Source: Fistulifera solaris
Lineage: Eukaryota
Direction: 5' to 3'
Assembly (NCBI GenBank): GCA_030295235.1
Contig: AP026138.1
Location: 372,001-436,000, forward strand
Length of the DNA: 64,000 nucleotides
The first letter of the stretch is position 1, and each line of letters begins with the position of its first letter. Of the stretch, positions 50,103 through 62,086 are shown one piece after another. Under the pieces are notes generated by a model. The model was not told the origin of the DNA. It worked only from the letters and a program-made list of their open reading frames with translations, and ran no database searches. The translations under genes were made by a program, and so were the position numbers.

Positions 50103-50756
50103 CTAACCGGCAAAGGTGCGACGACTCCAGCCAACGTTGGCGCGCGGCATATCGAAAAAGTTGATGTAAATTCGAGCTTCGTCCACGCCGAACGGCGCCA
50201 AGAGATCTGTGACAGCGGCCGTAATTTGTCCGTTGGATTCCATGCCAATGGCACCGATGCTATAGAGACATCCTAAAGCAGTGGGTGCATCCGATCCTCC
50301 AAAGATGACATCGGCCTTGTCGGTGATCGAAACGGCTGCAAGGCAGTACAAAGAGGATGGACGATTGTGAAGCCATAAATAAATTGTATCATTTACTAGA
50401 AAAGGCTGAAATAAACTTACCGATGTAAGACTCGGGCTTTCCAGTGCTGGCGCAAATGGCTTTTGAACATGCTGTAACGAAGAGACCAAGCGATGAGAGG
50501 TGAACACAAAAGGGAAAATAGCAGATTCTTTATTAATCTCACCTTTCATAATTTCCATCTTCTTATCCCCAAGGTCAACATTAGTGGTCAAAATGAGCGA
50601 AGGGTCTCCTGGAAGTAAGCAGAACGGATGAGGTTCGTTGCAGCTTGAAGGATCCATGGCGAAAGACGTAGAATATTCTTGGACGGCGTTTACAATGAAG
50701 GAATGAGCGTTTATAAAAGTTAATGCAAGAAAGAGAAGTGATTGCCAAGCCAACAT
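50103..50756 (-). CDS. Macrophage migration inhibitory factor (MIF)/tautomerase-family protein with N-terminal signal peptide (3 exons)
   Basis: Spliced product PSLILTTNV...ACSKAICASTGKPESYI...FGGSDAPTA...SIGAI...RIYINFFDMPRANVGW. Confidence 0.85.
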   Translation of the reverse strand: MLAWQSLLFLALTFINAHSFIVNAVQEYSTSFAMDPSSCNEPHPFCLLPGDPSLILTTNVDLGDKKMEIMKGEINKESAIFPFVFTSHRLVSSLQHVQKPFAPALESPSLTSVSLFQPFLVNDTIYLWLHNRPSSLYCLAAVSITDKADVIFGGSDAPTALGCLYSIGAIGMESNGQITAAVTDLLAPFGVDEARIYINFFDMPRANVGWSRRTFAG

Positions 50757-51071
50757 ACTGGAAATGTCTCTCTCGGGCCTCGTCGAAGCTTGTGAATGGC
50801 GTGTGAAAAGATCTGAAAATCTTTCGATCTTTGACAAGTAACTATAGCCAATAATAGTATGGATGCTTTGTCGCAGCGAATAGTTGCAATCGTACGTATT
50901 CATGACTCAAAGTAAGGTGAAGCTGAAGCTCAAAAGAAATAGTTGCGCACATATGAGATATCATTATTTGTAAACTGAATATTACACTATAGCGCTTTCC
51001 CAAAATAAAGCGGCATAAGATGAGTTACGAGGCGTTTATGAGCTGTCATGATAAACCCAAATCACGCTGGT

Positions 51072-52762
51072 TCAACCAAAGACAGGAGCCTCTCCAATAC
51101 CATTGCACAGGCGAAACACAATTTCGGCGGCTTTCGTTGCTAGCTGATCCGCCAAAGTGCGAGTGGGGGCTTCGGCATACACGCGGACGACATCTTCCGT
51201 TCCACTGGGACGAATGAATGCACGGCCCTTGACTTCCGCCATGGCGATATCGAGTTCTTCTTGTACTTGAACCGGTGATAAGCACTTGGTCTCGTTTTCA
51301 TTCGTCTGTATCATATTGCGGTCTTTGACCAAGACTTTGCCCTGACGCGATGGCAAGTCCGTGTAGATGGCATCCCACTCGGATGGTGACATCCCCTGGA
51401 TTTGCAAAATGGCATCGACAAGGAGCAAATCGGACAAGGCGTCGCCGACGGCTTGGTTGACCAACGCTGGTAAAACGGACAATCGCTGCAATGCCACGGA
51501 GCCGCGGCATCTCTTTCCTCGCAACGCAGCATCTGCTTGAGCCATACATTGATAAAAGGCCGGTCCAAACAGGACAGTGCCGTGTCCATTCGCTTCAAAG
51601 TAGACACCGACATCAAAGTGTTCCGCGGCCGCGTGGTGCACGTATTTGACTCCCGTTTTGGCAATCACAATTCCCTCCGGACCCAGGACTTGTTCCAAGT
51701 AGTGTGTCGAAGCTCCGTTGGCATACGCGGTTTGAACGACACCCAAGCGAATCGGAGGAAGACTCGGTGCATCGGCTCGCAGGGCCTGATACTCCGCTTG
51801 CAAGAATCGACACAATAGACAAGCAATTTTGTCGCCATCTTGTAGCCGCATTTGACCGTCCGTGACGCTAAAAAAGACAATCCGATCGGCATCTCCATCC
51901 AACGAGGCACAGTACTGCGTCGGTAGATCGGCAGGGGCATCGTAAAAAGTCGGCGGTTGTAAGGCTTTCTGCACATGCTCCGAGCCGCACTTTTCATTGA
52001 GTGGACCGGTTCCCGGTGCATTGACGACAAGAATTGGTCGATGGGTGGGATCGAGTTCTTGAATGGCTTGGTGCAAGGTTTGCGCGTGGGCGTATCCGAC
52101 ACCGCAGGCGGCGTCGACCACCAAGGGCGCACGGCGGTCTCCGTCGGACGAATGAGTGGCCAAGAGAGCGTGGTACGATTGTGCCAACAACGAAAAGTAA
52201 CCGGCGGGACGTGGAGGAATCAAGAGTGGTAAATACTCTCGATTCCCGTGCAAAACGGCATGATGGAGCATGGGGGTGGTGATGATGCCGTGATCGATTA
52301 TAGCACTGCCCAGCGCCCGCGCAGTTTGCACCACCAAATCACAAAGTGCGGGAGAATGTTTTCGTGTATCGCGTCCCACATGAATGATGGGAACAAAGTC
52401 ACTCTTGAAGGGTTCAATTTTCTGCAACAGCCGTTGAATATCGCGTTCATTCGCCATTTCGACGGCCAACGTTTCACCGTCACTGGCCATCATCCCTCCG
52501 TCCGGATCCGCTATTTTGACGCCGTTATAGGACTCGTCATTGTGCGACGCCGTCACCATGACTCCCACCGGAGCTTGTTTTTGCCAGGAACGCAATGTGG
52601 CGACGATTCCGACACGCACCATAATGGGCGGCAGAATCGAGGCATCGTAGCGGAATCCGGCCGTTCCGTAATTCAAAAGGTATCACCGGAAGGGTGTTCC
52701 TGCAGGAGTTGTAGAAGCTTTTCGGGGGATGGTTCGGGTGCTAGCTTTGTAGGAAGGTGCAT
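51072..52762 (-). CDS. PGM3: Phosphoacetylglucosamine mutase
   Basis: YGTAGFR, MVTASHN, DGDADR, VQTAYANG, YFEANGHGT and RPSGTEDVVRVYAEA. The ATG at 52762 joins via an indel near 52676. Confidence 0.93.
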
Positions 52763-53216
52763 GTTAATATTGCTTTATTAATAGAAGCAAGAGAATCTTT
52801 TGAAGTCGTCCCCGAAATGAGCAGGAAAAGCCACATGAACTTACATTTGCGGACGAGCGAAAAGATGCGAGGCATAAAAAGATCGAAATGACCAAGTACT
52901 GGAGAGACATCATATTTCTACTGTTTGGCTCAGTTTTCATTCCCGCCAAATGACCCTTTGCTGGCGCGGGCTTGCATCTTGAATGAATCACGAACGAGCG
53001 TGACCGTCTACTTTTTCCAGCACAATAACAGAACATCCCCTGCATCGATCTCTGTTGCGACGCAAAAGGAAGGCTTCAAGCTTCAAGTTCCTTGTATATT
53101 ATTTTCGCTTCCTACCATCTCCTTTGAATGCTTGGAATGACATGAGAGCACTGTTGCTTTAGGAAAAAAACACAACAACTATTGTTTCGTAGGCGAAAGG
53201 GCTTGCGGCGGAAACA

Positions 53217-56200
53217 ATGATCAAAAATTTGCAGGGCATGCTCAGCCCCTCCAAAAAGAAGCGTTCGTTTCAACCCGACCAGCATTCCGTCGTCGATGAA
53301 TATTCGCGAGCCAGTGTTACCACGACACCGAAAGATGGAAAGAACGGGAGATTAATGAACGTTCTGAAATCACCTCCGATCGACGATGATGCGAAGGAGT
53401 CGTCGCCCGGGGTATTATTTGCGAGGAGACGGAGATCCATCACGGGGGACGAGCCGCAAATATCACCGTCGTATGAAGATGCGGAAAAGAAAGCTGGATT
53501 GAATATTCGTGGCTTTTTTTACGCGAAGGAAATCCATGTCGAAAAAGGAAAGTGAAGAAATGATGGTGCATTCACCCAGCAACGTTGTGGAGGACGATGA
53601 TAGTGAAAACGATATCGAACAAAGTTATCTTGAAGAGATTTTCAAACGGAAACAAGCCGCCATGCAGGAGGAAATATCGGAGAGTCAATACAGTGCGGCG
53701 GAAAGTAATGTCGTGGGCGACAACAAGTCACGGCGCGGAAGGAGAAGGTCGGTGACCAAGTTGATGGCCGAATCACGCCGGCGTGACGAAGAAAAAAAGT
53801 GCGGGTGTTTCCCCTGGCGGTGGGTTACCGGTCGTATTAGACAATATATCACGGAGACGTCGAAGATCATTGCATGCTAGACCATTGGACGCACCTTCTA
53901 GGAGAGAGGATACGGACGCGATGGATGAAAGAAGGGAGCCGAATTTGGTGCGACAACACAGGGCTAGCGTTTCGTCTGTAGAGAATGCTACCGCAGAAGT
54001 CACTGAGAAGAGGACGTACAAGGAGCGTGGATCAGCAGACGTTCAGGCAAGTCCTAATCGAAATAGTCATAAGAAAGAAGATGTTGACGACAGAAGAAGG
54101 ATGAGAGGGCGTGAATCGCAAATTAGCCGCAGTGACATTGAAAATGATCTATTAAAGAACGACAGGAGGAAAAGTCATAGTCAAAAAAATAATGCGAGAT
54201 CCTGGTGACAAGTACTCATACTCTGAAAGCGAAGCGGATAGAAAATCGCATGTAGCACGCAATACAGAACAGCAAACGATTTCTGCTGGAGACAAACGGA
54301 GCAGTGACAATTTCACGAAATCCCGTGGCGGTGGGCATGACCAAAGACGGAACAGTGTTGTCAGTGATAAAGGAAAAATGAGAGACCGTCATACAAGGGA
54401 CCGCTCACGGAGCCCGCCTTCTGGACCGATAGGTCGTTCACGATCGAAGAGTCGAAATCATGCCAAGTCACCAACACGCCATAGATCCAAGAGTAGAAGA
54501 AGGAGGTCGGAGTTAGAAGAGTCTCGCGAGAGAAGGCGATCAAAAAGTAGACATCGTTCTTTACTGGTTTCCCCGAAAAGCAATGATGATGAACATAGGC
54601 GGCAGGGAAGTAGCAGCAATATGCATAGAGACCCAGATCGTGCCAGGGAACGAGAAACTGTGGAGAGAGTGAAGATAGAGCGTGATATTCACAATGTCAG
54701 GGAGGGCTCAAAAGGGAAAGATTATGATCGACAGCGTGAAAGAGATCGTGAAGAAAATAGAAGGAGACGCTACAAGGATAACCACATTCCGAGAGATCCG
54801 CGTAATAGGGAGTCAGGAAAGGGGGCCAGACGGTCTCGCCGAGCCAACGATGACCACTCCTCTGCGCGTTCCTTCTTATCGGATTCTGCGTCTTCATTTG
54901 ACTCTTTTTCGCAGCAAAGTAGGACTGGGTCGACGTCTAGCACTAGGGAGGAAACACTAAGGGGCGGGCACGCATCACCACATGGCAAGATGTCAAAAAG
55001 CAAGGACAAGCTGAAAAGCTACCTTCCTTCTGATGAGAGGGCTAGATCCAAGCAGAGCCTCGATATGAGATCACCGTCCACTATCAGCAGCAAACAAAAG
55101 ATTGACCTTCGCAAATTTAGAACTGAGGGCAGCGGGAAGCATATGAATCCGTGGACAGAGAAGGATTTGCCTGAGGTACAAAGTCATCACTCCCGCAATT
55201 CTGATGCATGTCACGAATCATTTTCAAATGAAATTGCTGCTATTGTGGCGAAAAATGAGGTTGGCCCCGAAAAGACCTACGACGAGAGTAACAATTCATC
55301 ATCCAATGCGAAAATAACTGCGACTGCGGATCGTTCTGCGGAGACTGGCCGTACAATTGCCCAAGATAAAAATGGGACGATACGCGGAGGAGAAAAGCTC
55401 AATAATGAACACTCTATATCTGGTCCCGATCCTCCGTCAGATGGGAAGCGCTCGCGTAATCGACGTGTTGCGCTTGCCTCAATTCTTGACAGCGACGTTG
55501 GAGGGGAGCGAGAAGCGGACATACTTTCTCTTTGTTCATCTTACAGCAAACCTTTGGTTACTGCACGAACCTTGTATCACTCTGAACTGCTGGTGAAGGT
55601 ACCTGACGATCGCGGGGGCCTGTTGAGTTCAGACCGGTATAAGGTACTTTCCGCTGATAGTGGGACAAGAGATCCTTTGTTGCACCACTCGATGCAAGAT
55701 GTGCCAGATTCTGCTATTGACAAGCCACAAGAATCTTGCAATACTGCAAATGGCTCGTCGTCATCGCTTAATCACGAGGTAACTGACACAAAGCAGTTGA
55801 TTGAGACCGATCATAACAGTGAAATAAACTGTAATGACGATGAAAACGTTACGGTGGCGGAGCATGCGGTTTGTTGTGAACCAGCCCTTTTGCTGTTGCT
55901 AATGGTGAGGCCGAAGAAAATTTCCTTCGAGATAGCAGATCAATCAAGCTATTACAGTCACACGATATCGATCTGCAACCAACGCAATATGATTTTGAGA
56001 ACGACAAACTGAGTGCTGAGTTAGGAAAATTTAATGATGCATTGTCGATGGGTGGCGAGGAAACTCTGCCAGCCACGAAAGAAACAGAGCAAAGAACTTT
56101 GACAGCATCTTCAAAGAAGAACAAATCTGAAGATTTTCAATCTAGCACGAGCGCTCCTCCGTCATACTTCTGTGCGGATAAAGATATGGAAAAGCCGCTC

Positions 56201-57060
56201 GACTCAGAAAAGATGCAACAGAATGCTCGTAATGTCGACTTTGGTAGCCAAATAAATCCAGACAAGACAAATCGCACTGCACATGATGATAATTCAGAAA
56301 AGTCACTTGAGCTTGAGTTGCTATCGGAGACAAATGTTAGACCTGAGGGTCCGGGTGATAGTATCCAGGGCGTCTCCTCGACAAGAGATGTTAGCACGGC
56401 GTTTAGTTCTACCCACCCTTCTAAGCAATACAATTTGGCGACAACAACTATCGAGCCAGCAAATCAAGGGTTGACGCCCATTGTAGAGTTGTCTCGCGAC
56501 AAAAGTCACGAGGCCGCTGAAGCCAGGATCAGCCTCGAAGCACTATCCAGCGAGCCATCTCAGAATTCTATTTTGTCTTCTCCCGTGTCTAGCCGAGGTC
56601 GCGACAGATCGAGGAAGTCGGTGAAGGGTGCGTCAAAGAAGGGCGACAAATATGGGCGAACAAATTTACAAAGTAAAGACATCTACCACGATAGTTCCGA
56701 CAATCGTAGTCTCTCACCCAAACGACGAAGCTCGGAAAACAAAGTTTCCAGTGATGCCAGTTCACGTGATAGTAAAACTTCTTCGTGGAGACCCCCAAAC
56801 CAAATGAGAGAGGTACCGATGAAAGCAACAAAACATCACAGATGCGAAGGAGGCGCTCATCTCGCCGAATGGACAGTCACCGCGAAGTAAATAAGAACGA
56901 CGCAACCTCTGTTGAGTATAACGAAGAGGATGTTTTCACGCTGTACAAATGGTCAGGGACTAGGCAAGCTGAAAGTAAAGTTCGAGGAGAGAGACTTGCT
57001 TTGAGAAAGTCGATAAAGGCGCTGTCCTTTCTACGCGCTTTCGAGACCGTTGGTATTTAA
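53217..57060 (+). CDS. Large low-complexity Ser/Arg/charged protein, probably one gene broken by several frameshifts
   Basis: Overlapping ORFs 53217-53555, 53509-53880, 53783-54208, 54192-56012, 56042-56890 and 56785-57060 have similar composition; several junctions lie at homopolymer runs. Confidence 0.5.
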
Positions 57061-57151
57061 ATGAATAAGACTACAGTACTAAACGTGCACCAGATATTGA
57101 CCTTTAATTTCTCCCTTGTACCTAGGTTACACTTATAGTATTACTCCGTAT

Positions 57152-59305
57152 TCAGTTTTCCAGCATTACATCGTCACCGTTGTTTTCGCTACTCGGTTCG
57201 TCACATAATCCAAAGATCCCACCACCGCTACTACTTGACCTCATAAAACTAGCATGAGCAGCTGTAAAAAAGCTCCGCTTCTTTCTTGTGTCCGATTTCA
57301 GCATTAATTCTAAACCGTCGCTACTAAAACTCCGTTGAACGTCACGAAGCTTGCGACCAATTTGATTGAACCGGGATTTTATCCCGTGTTCCTGCCGAAC
57401 TTGCCGATTCCGATCGGCCGCGTCGTCCTCGTTTTCCAAGTTACCAGGATCAGAATCTTCGAAGTCTATTGCTGCACTTTCATCTAGATCATACGCTGGT
57501 AAGTGCGGGACATCGCTTTCTGCTACAGCTCTTGCCAATCTTAAGGTGCTTTCGCTTTCGACATTATGATCCTTAGACAACTCTTGGACGAATCCCTTCT
57601 CATTCAACGTAAACTGCATGAACGTGGCAGCGACCGCATTTGTGTCGTGTGAGGAGGTATCAGAAGCTGAGCTCAGCGATTTTCGTGATGCGCCATAGTC
57701 CAGCGCCGATGCATCGGTGGAACCACTTCTGTTAAGATGAGACCTCTTGGATCGAGGCGAAACTCTTGCTTTATGAGCCCTACTAGTCGTAGGCGGGGCC
57801 TTATTTGCATGATTTCTTCGCCCCCGTCTCGTGGGTCTTACTTCCAGACCGGAATCTTCCGAAATTCGACTTTCAGCAAGACTAACTTGCGCGGAACCTA
57901 AAGTACGTCGGTGTATAGAATCATCAATGGCCCTCGGAAGGAAGTTCGCTAGAGGATCGATGCTAAAGTCGTCGCTATTGCTAAGTACCGCATTCGCAGG
58001 TGGAACATTGCCGATGCTATTATCGTCGTCGCCACTCCGTTCCGAGTCGGAATTAGACCTTGTAAAATAGCGATCCGTCGAATCACTGGGACCATTCCTC
58101 GACTGCTTGACAGGTTCATTCTTATTCTTTTTCTCTCCAGAAACTCGACGTGGTGTAACACTGTCACTTTTGCTGTTGTTATGAGATTGATGGCCCGCTT
58201 CGCCATCATGTCGTCGCGGAGCACCGTCAATTTTGCTGCTATTATTGAAATGACTTTTTTCGCCCGAGGTCCGTCGTGAGGTAGCTCCCTGTTCGCGGGT
58301 TTTATCGCCAGAGGTCCGCCGCGGCGTGGTACTCTCACTTTTGTTGTTTTTCAAAGTATTCTTTTCTCCCGAGGTCCGTCGTGGCGCAGCAGTCTCCGTT
58401 TTACTCGTGTTGTTCTTTTCTCCTGAGGTCCGCCGCGGAGCGCTCATCTCAGTTTTGCTGTTACCTACATTCTTCTTTTCTCCCGAAATTCGTCGCGGAG
58501 CCGGGTTCTCGGTTTTGCTATTATTCTTTTCTCCCGAGGTCCGCCGCGGCTCCTTTTCTCCGGACGTACGTCGTGGGGCTGCTTGCTCTCGTTGAGTGCT
58601 GATGCCATTGTTTTCTCCCGAATGCACCGCTGCATCATTGTTTCGATCCGCGTTTTCTCCCGAACTACGTCGTTTCGTTGGGCTAGTTTCGCTACGTTTT
58701 TTTATTCGTTCTGGCATGGCGGATACATTATCTTTCATAGTTACATCCTGCGTGGAATCCGTCGGAACGACTGTTCCCTCATCCATCGTTTCAATACCCG
58801 TGACGATATTCATTCTCTCCTTCCCATGACTGAAGGGAGTATCGAAGACAATGGTCCACGTAATACCGGCCCGTTCCCCTTGCAAAGACTTTCGTATATT
58901 CCGCGAAGGAGGAGACGCCGCTGCCGGGCGTTTTACTGCCTTGGCAGCAGCTGGTGGATCCTCCGACAATTTGGTGGGTCGACTGTCATCGCGGCTTCGG
59001 GAGCGTCGCCGTGGAGAAGCTCGCAGATCGCTTTTGCTGCGTCGTGGCGGAGAAGCCCTTGCGACTCTCCGCCGTCGTCCGGGGGTGACAGGAGAGCCTG
59101 TGTATGGATTCGACTCTCTCATGGTGTTCATGGCACGACAATTGAAACTATAAATAATTCTCTTTCTTTCATCTTCATGCTCCAGTTGTTCATCGAGGTT
59201 ATTTCGTCCGGAAGCTTTATTGCGTCTTGTTGCTGGCACACTCTCTCTATGGTCGGTTCGTGACTTGCGAGTCAGGTAAGTAATAGGGTCGTGGGTCATG
59301 GTCAT
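57152..59305 (-). CDS. Disordered basic protein with tandem PRRTSGEK repeats
   Basis: 717-aa uninterrupted ORF with about 9 RR[TISV]SG[ED] units; start codon uncertain. Confidence 0.7.
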   Translation of the reverse strand: MTMTHDPITYLTRKSRTDHRESVPATRRNKASGRNNLDEQLEHEDERKRIIYSFNCRAMNTMRESNPYTGSPVTPGRRRRVARASPPRRSKSDLRASPRRRSRSRDDSRPTKLSEDPPAAAKAVKRPAAASPPSRNIRKSLQGERAGITWTIVFDTPFSHGKERMNIVTGIETMDEGTVVPTDSTQDVTMKDNVSAMPERIKKRSETSPTKRRSSGENADRNNDAAVHSGENNGISTQREQAAPRRTSGEKEPRRTSGEKNNSKTENPAPRRISGEKKNVGNSKTEMSAPRRTSGEKNNTSKTETAAPRRTSGEKNTLKNNKSESTTPRRTSGDKTREQGATSRRTSGEKSHFNNSSKIDGAPRRHDGEAGHQSHNNSKSDSVTPRRVSGEKKNKNEPVKQSRNGPSDSTDRYFTRSNSDSERSGDDDNSIGNVPPANAVLSNSDDFSIDPLANFLPRAIDDSIHRRTLGSAQVSLAESRISEDSGLEVRPTRRGRRNHANKAPPTTSRAHKARVSPRSKRSHLNRSGSTDASALDYGASRKSLSSASDTSSHDTNAVAATFMQFTLNEKGFVQELSKDHNVESESTLRLARAVAESDVPHLPAYDLDESAAIDFEDSDPGNLENEDDAADRNRQVRQEHGIKSRFNQIGRKLRDVQRSFSSDGLELMLKSDTRKKRSFFTAAHASFMRSSSSGGGIFGLCDEPSSENNGDDVMLEN

Positions 59306-59676
59306 AGAACGTTCTATAAGTCATAGAGTTTCTTGCTACTGCATGTCTTCTGTAGACTACAGTAGTGCTCTTTACCGAAACCAATAAGGCCTTCAGAACA
59401 CGTTTTTTGCAATCTGGGCTTTGTCCTCCCGCAACTCTTTTTGACTCGACCATGGACAAGATTGTACTCCGGTGTAGATCACATTGTGTTGGTGATTAGA
59501 AACTCGAAAATTCTAAGCCAGGCATTTTACAGACATTTCTCTCACACACACGATGTATTTTTGTAGTGCCAACAACGACGCATCAACATCAAACACTCCA
59601 TTCGAAATACATTATTGTTTTGATCATTATTTCTGAATTTCTTTTCGTTCACAAGTCTTGACGTTATCTGCCACAA

Positions 59677-60731
59677 TGATCGGGGACACGCCAAATGATT
59701 CTCACCCACCGAAAAGGACGAAACGAAGGACTATCTTCATTTCGCTGTTCGCGATAGCCGCTTTCTCGTCGTGCCGGTTACGAGGCGCTTTTACCCGTGG
59801 GAACTTCGACTTTTTACTCGAAACAGGAAACAAACGATACCCTTTCTGGGGAGCTTTCCCGAATGTCGAAACTGTCGAGCGACTCCTCAATTTCACCGAT
59901 CTATCCGATCTCGTACAACTACATAATCTGCCCGTCCCTCGCAATCTCAATATTCTTTTCATGGGAGACTCATTGTCTCGGTATCAGTACCTGGATCTGG
60001 TTTATTTCTTATCCCACAATGGCACATGGCCATCGCCGGACGAGACGCCGAATATGGTGCTGGAGAATACGCACAAACACGGCTGGGTCCAATTCTTCAA
60101 CTTCACGAATGCAGCGTTACGACCGTACGAACAGTGCGATTGTTTTCGTCTTCACTCGGCCATCAAAGCTGTCGAGAATCGCTACTTTTATGATGCGGAA
60201 CGCAACAACTCTGTTACATATTTGCAAAAGTTTGGAATGTATCCGTTCAAAAGTTCATGGAATGTCACGGATGTATACAACGAACATGAGCTGGTACAAC
60301 TTCCATCGGGATTGTCGTTTGTTCACAAAGACTTGGACTGGGCGGACGCCATTCGGGATTTTGTTTGTCGCATGTCTCCCAAACCGTCGGTATTCATTTT
60401 TAATGCGGGCATATGGGCCGACCACGATTTAGTCAACGTGGAAATGCAACAAAGGATTGTCGATGCGCTCCAGGAATGTCAAATTGTGAGCATGTACAAG
60501 ACCACAACCAAAATGACCGACCAGCGCAATCAGACTTGGGACGAGTACGAGCAACAATTGTGCAAACTCACAGACCATTGCATGGACTTGAGATGGACGG
60601 CAATCGTTCCTGAGGAACACTATTGGGATACGAAGCATTTTCGTGAACCTATATATTCGATGATGAACGTTCAGTTGCTATCGCTGCTAACTTCCAGCAA
60701 CCTTATCGAAACCTATGAAACAATATCATGA
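59677..60731 (+). CDS. SGNH/PC-esterase-like protein with N-terminal membrane anchor
   Basis: Basic stretch then hydrophobic segment; ILFMGDSLSRYQY (GDS), IFNAGIW and C-terminal DTKH (DxxH). Confidence 0.65.
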
Positions 60732-61071
60732 AACAGCGGTGTCGCTCTTTTTCTACTCCGAATAAACAACATAAACCTAGTCTACAACAATAAGAAACCA
60801 AATCATGTCCGGGACTCAAATCATCTTAAAGAGTCACGTTTCGAGACAATAGCTGAAACTGAAAAGTGTTGTGTCGCAACGTTCAGGAAGACGTTTCATT
60901 ACAACGTTCCAAGTGGAACGTTTCTTCGACGATGACAATAACCGCTCGCGTTGATAACAATAAATAATTAAGGAGTACCGGTACCGTACCAGGTAAAGCC
61001 GATGCACTTCCTATCGACCGTCAAAGCGGTAAATAAGCGCGAAAGAAGTCAATTAACAACAAAAATAGAAT

Positions 61072-61923
61072 ATGAAGAGGTCAATAAACTGTTGCGTCTT
61101 GATTGTAGCGAGTCTCTTGGTATCCAGCTCTGCTTTTTCGACGCCGCAACGTCCTATCGGCGTGTTTTCCGCACAGCAAACACGTCGTTCTCATCTCTTT
61201 GCCAAACAATACATAAAAGAGCGTCCAAAACTATTCTCTCGTGTCTCTAAATCGTTCCGGCGGCGATGCAAACTGACGGGGGCTTCTCTGTTGTTCGCGG
61301 CCAGTGTCTTTTTGGCTCCACCCAAGCCGGCTCACGCATCGGCAGCACCATCCGCCGTACTAGAGAGTATCTTGGAAAAGACTTCGCCTTCTCTGGATAC
61401 CATCATTGATCGTTATGTGAAGGAACACATGTTCAACGACGATACGTACGATCCCATCGAATCGGCCTACCGCGAAGCGTACGATGATGCCGTTCACGGA
61501 ACGTATCCCCAAGCCTTGCGCGAAGTCACTGGAGTCGGCGCCGCATCCACGGAAACACCCACGAACAGTAATCCTGTCTCCAACGTGCTTTCCAAGATTG
61601 ATCTCGGTGCCATGTTGACGTCAATGTTGACGTTCATTAAAAACAAATTGCAATTGAACGAAACGTCCGCCATTATGGTGTTGGCCGCCATTTTCGTCGT
61701 CGGTGGACCGTTCGCTTTTTTGTTCACGGGGATGGTAATTGGGGGCATGTCCAAACGCAACATGAATCGTTTGATGAAGAAACGTTACGGAGATTCGTAC
61801 ACGTTGGATGCCACCATGAAAACAGAAGAGACGGTCGAAGCACCCGATGACGATGATGACGACGAAGAAGAAGGCGAGAATGATAGCGCAAACGACGACG
61901 AGGATGATGAAGACGATGAATAA
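61072..61923 (+). CDS. Plastid-targeted membrane protein with acidic tail, unknown function
   Basis: SSA-FST presequence, second hydrophobic stretch ending AHA, TM region IMVLAAIFVVGGPFAFLFTGMVIGG, and a poly-Asp/Glu end. Confidence 0.7.
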   Translation: MKRSINCCVLIVASLLVSSSAFSTPQRPIGVFSAQQTRRSHLFAKQYIKERPKLFSRVSKSFRRRCKLTGASLLFAASVFLAPPKPAHASAAPSAVLESILEKTSPSLDTIIDRYVKEHMFNDDTYDPIESAYREAYDDAVHGTYPQALREVTGVGAASTETPTNSNPVSNVLSKIDLGAMLTSMLTFIKNKLQLNETSAIMVLAAIFVVGGPFAFLFTGMVIGGMSKRNMNRLMKKRYGDSYTLDATMKTEETVEAPDDDDDDEEEGENDSANDDEDDEDDE

Positions 61924-62086
61924 GACATTCAATTGCTGTGTTCGAAACAAACAAATGGAGCGCTGTGTTATTGCAAGATAAACGAATGAATAATGTACTC
62001 AATTATGACAAAAAAAACAGTAGTGAAAAAAGGCAAGAGTTCCTCATCGCTGACGTGCCTCTAGTGGAACCTCAGCGGACCATTAT

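Noticed and set aside
58130..58680. Repeats with variable spacers that could be mistaken for a CRISPR array
   Set aside because: Short, degenerate, in-frame coding repeats in a eukaryotic gene, with no cas genes.
60877..60925. Four ACGTT copies in about 50 bp
   Set aside because: They do not form a proper three-unit nGAAn heat-shock element; too weak to call.
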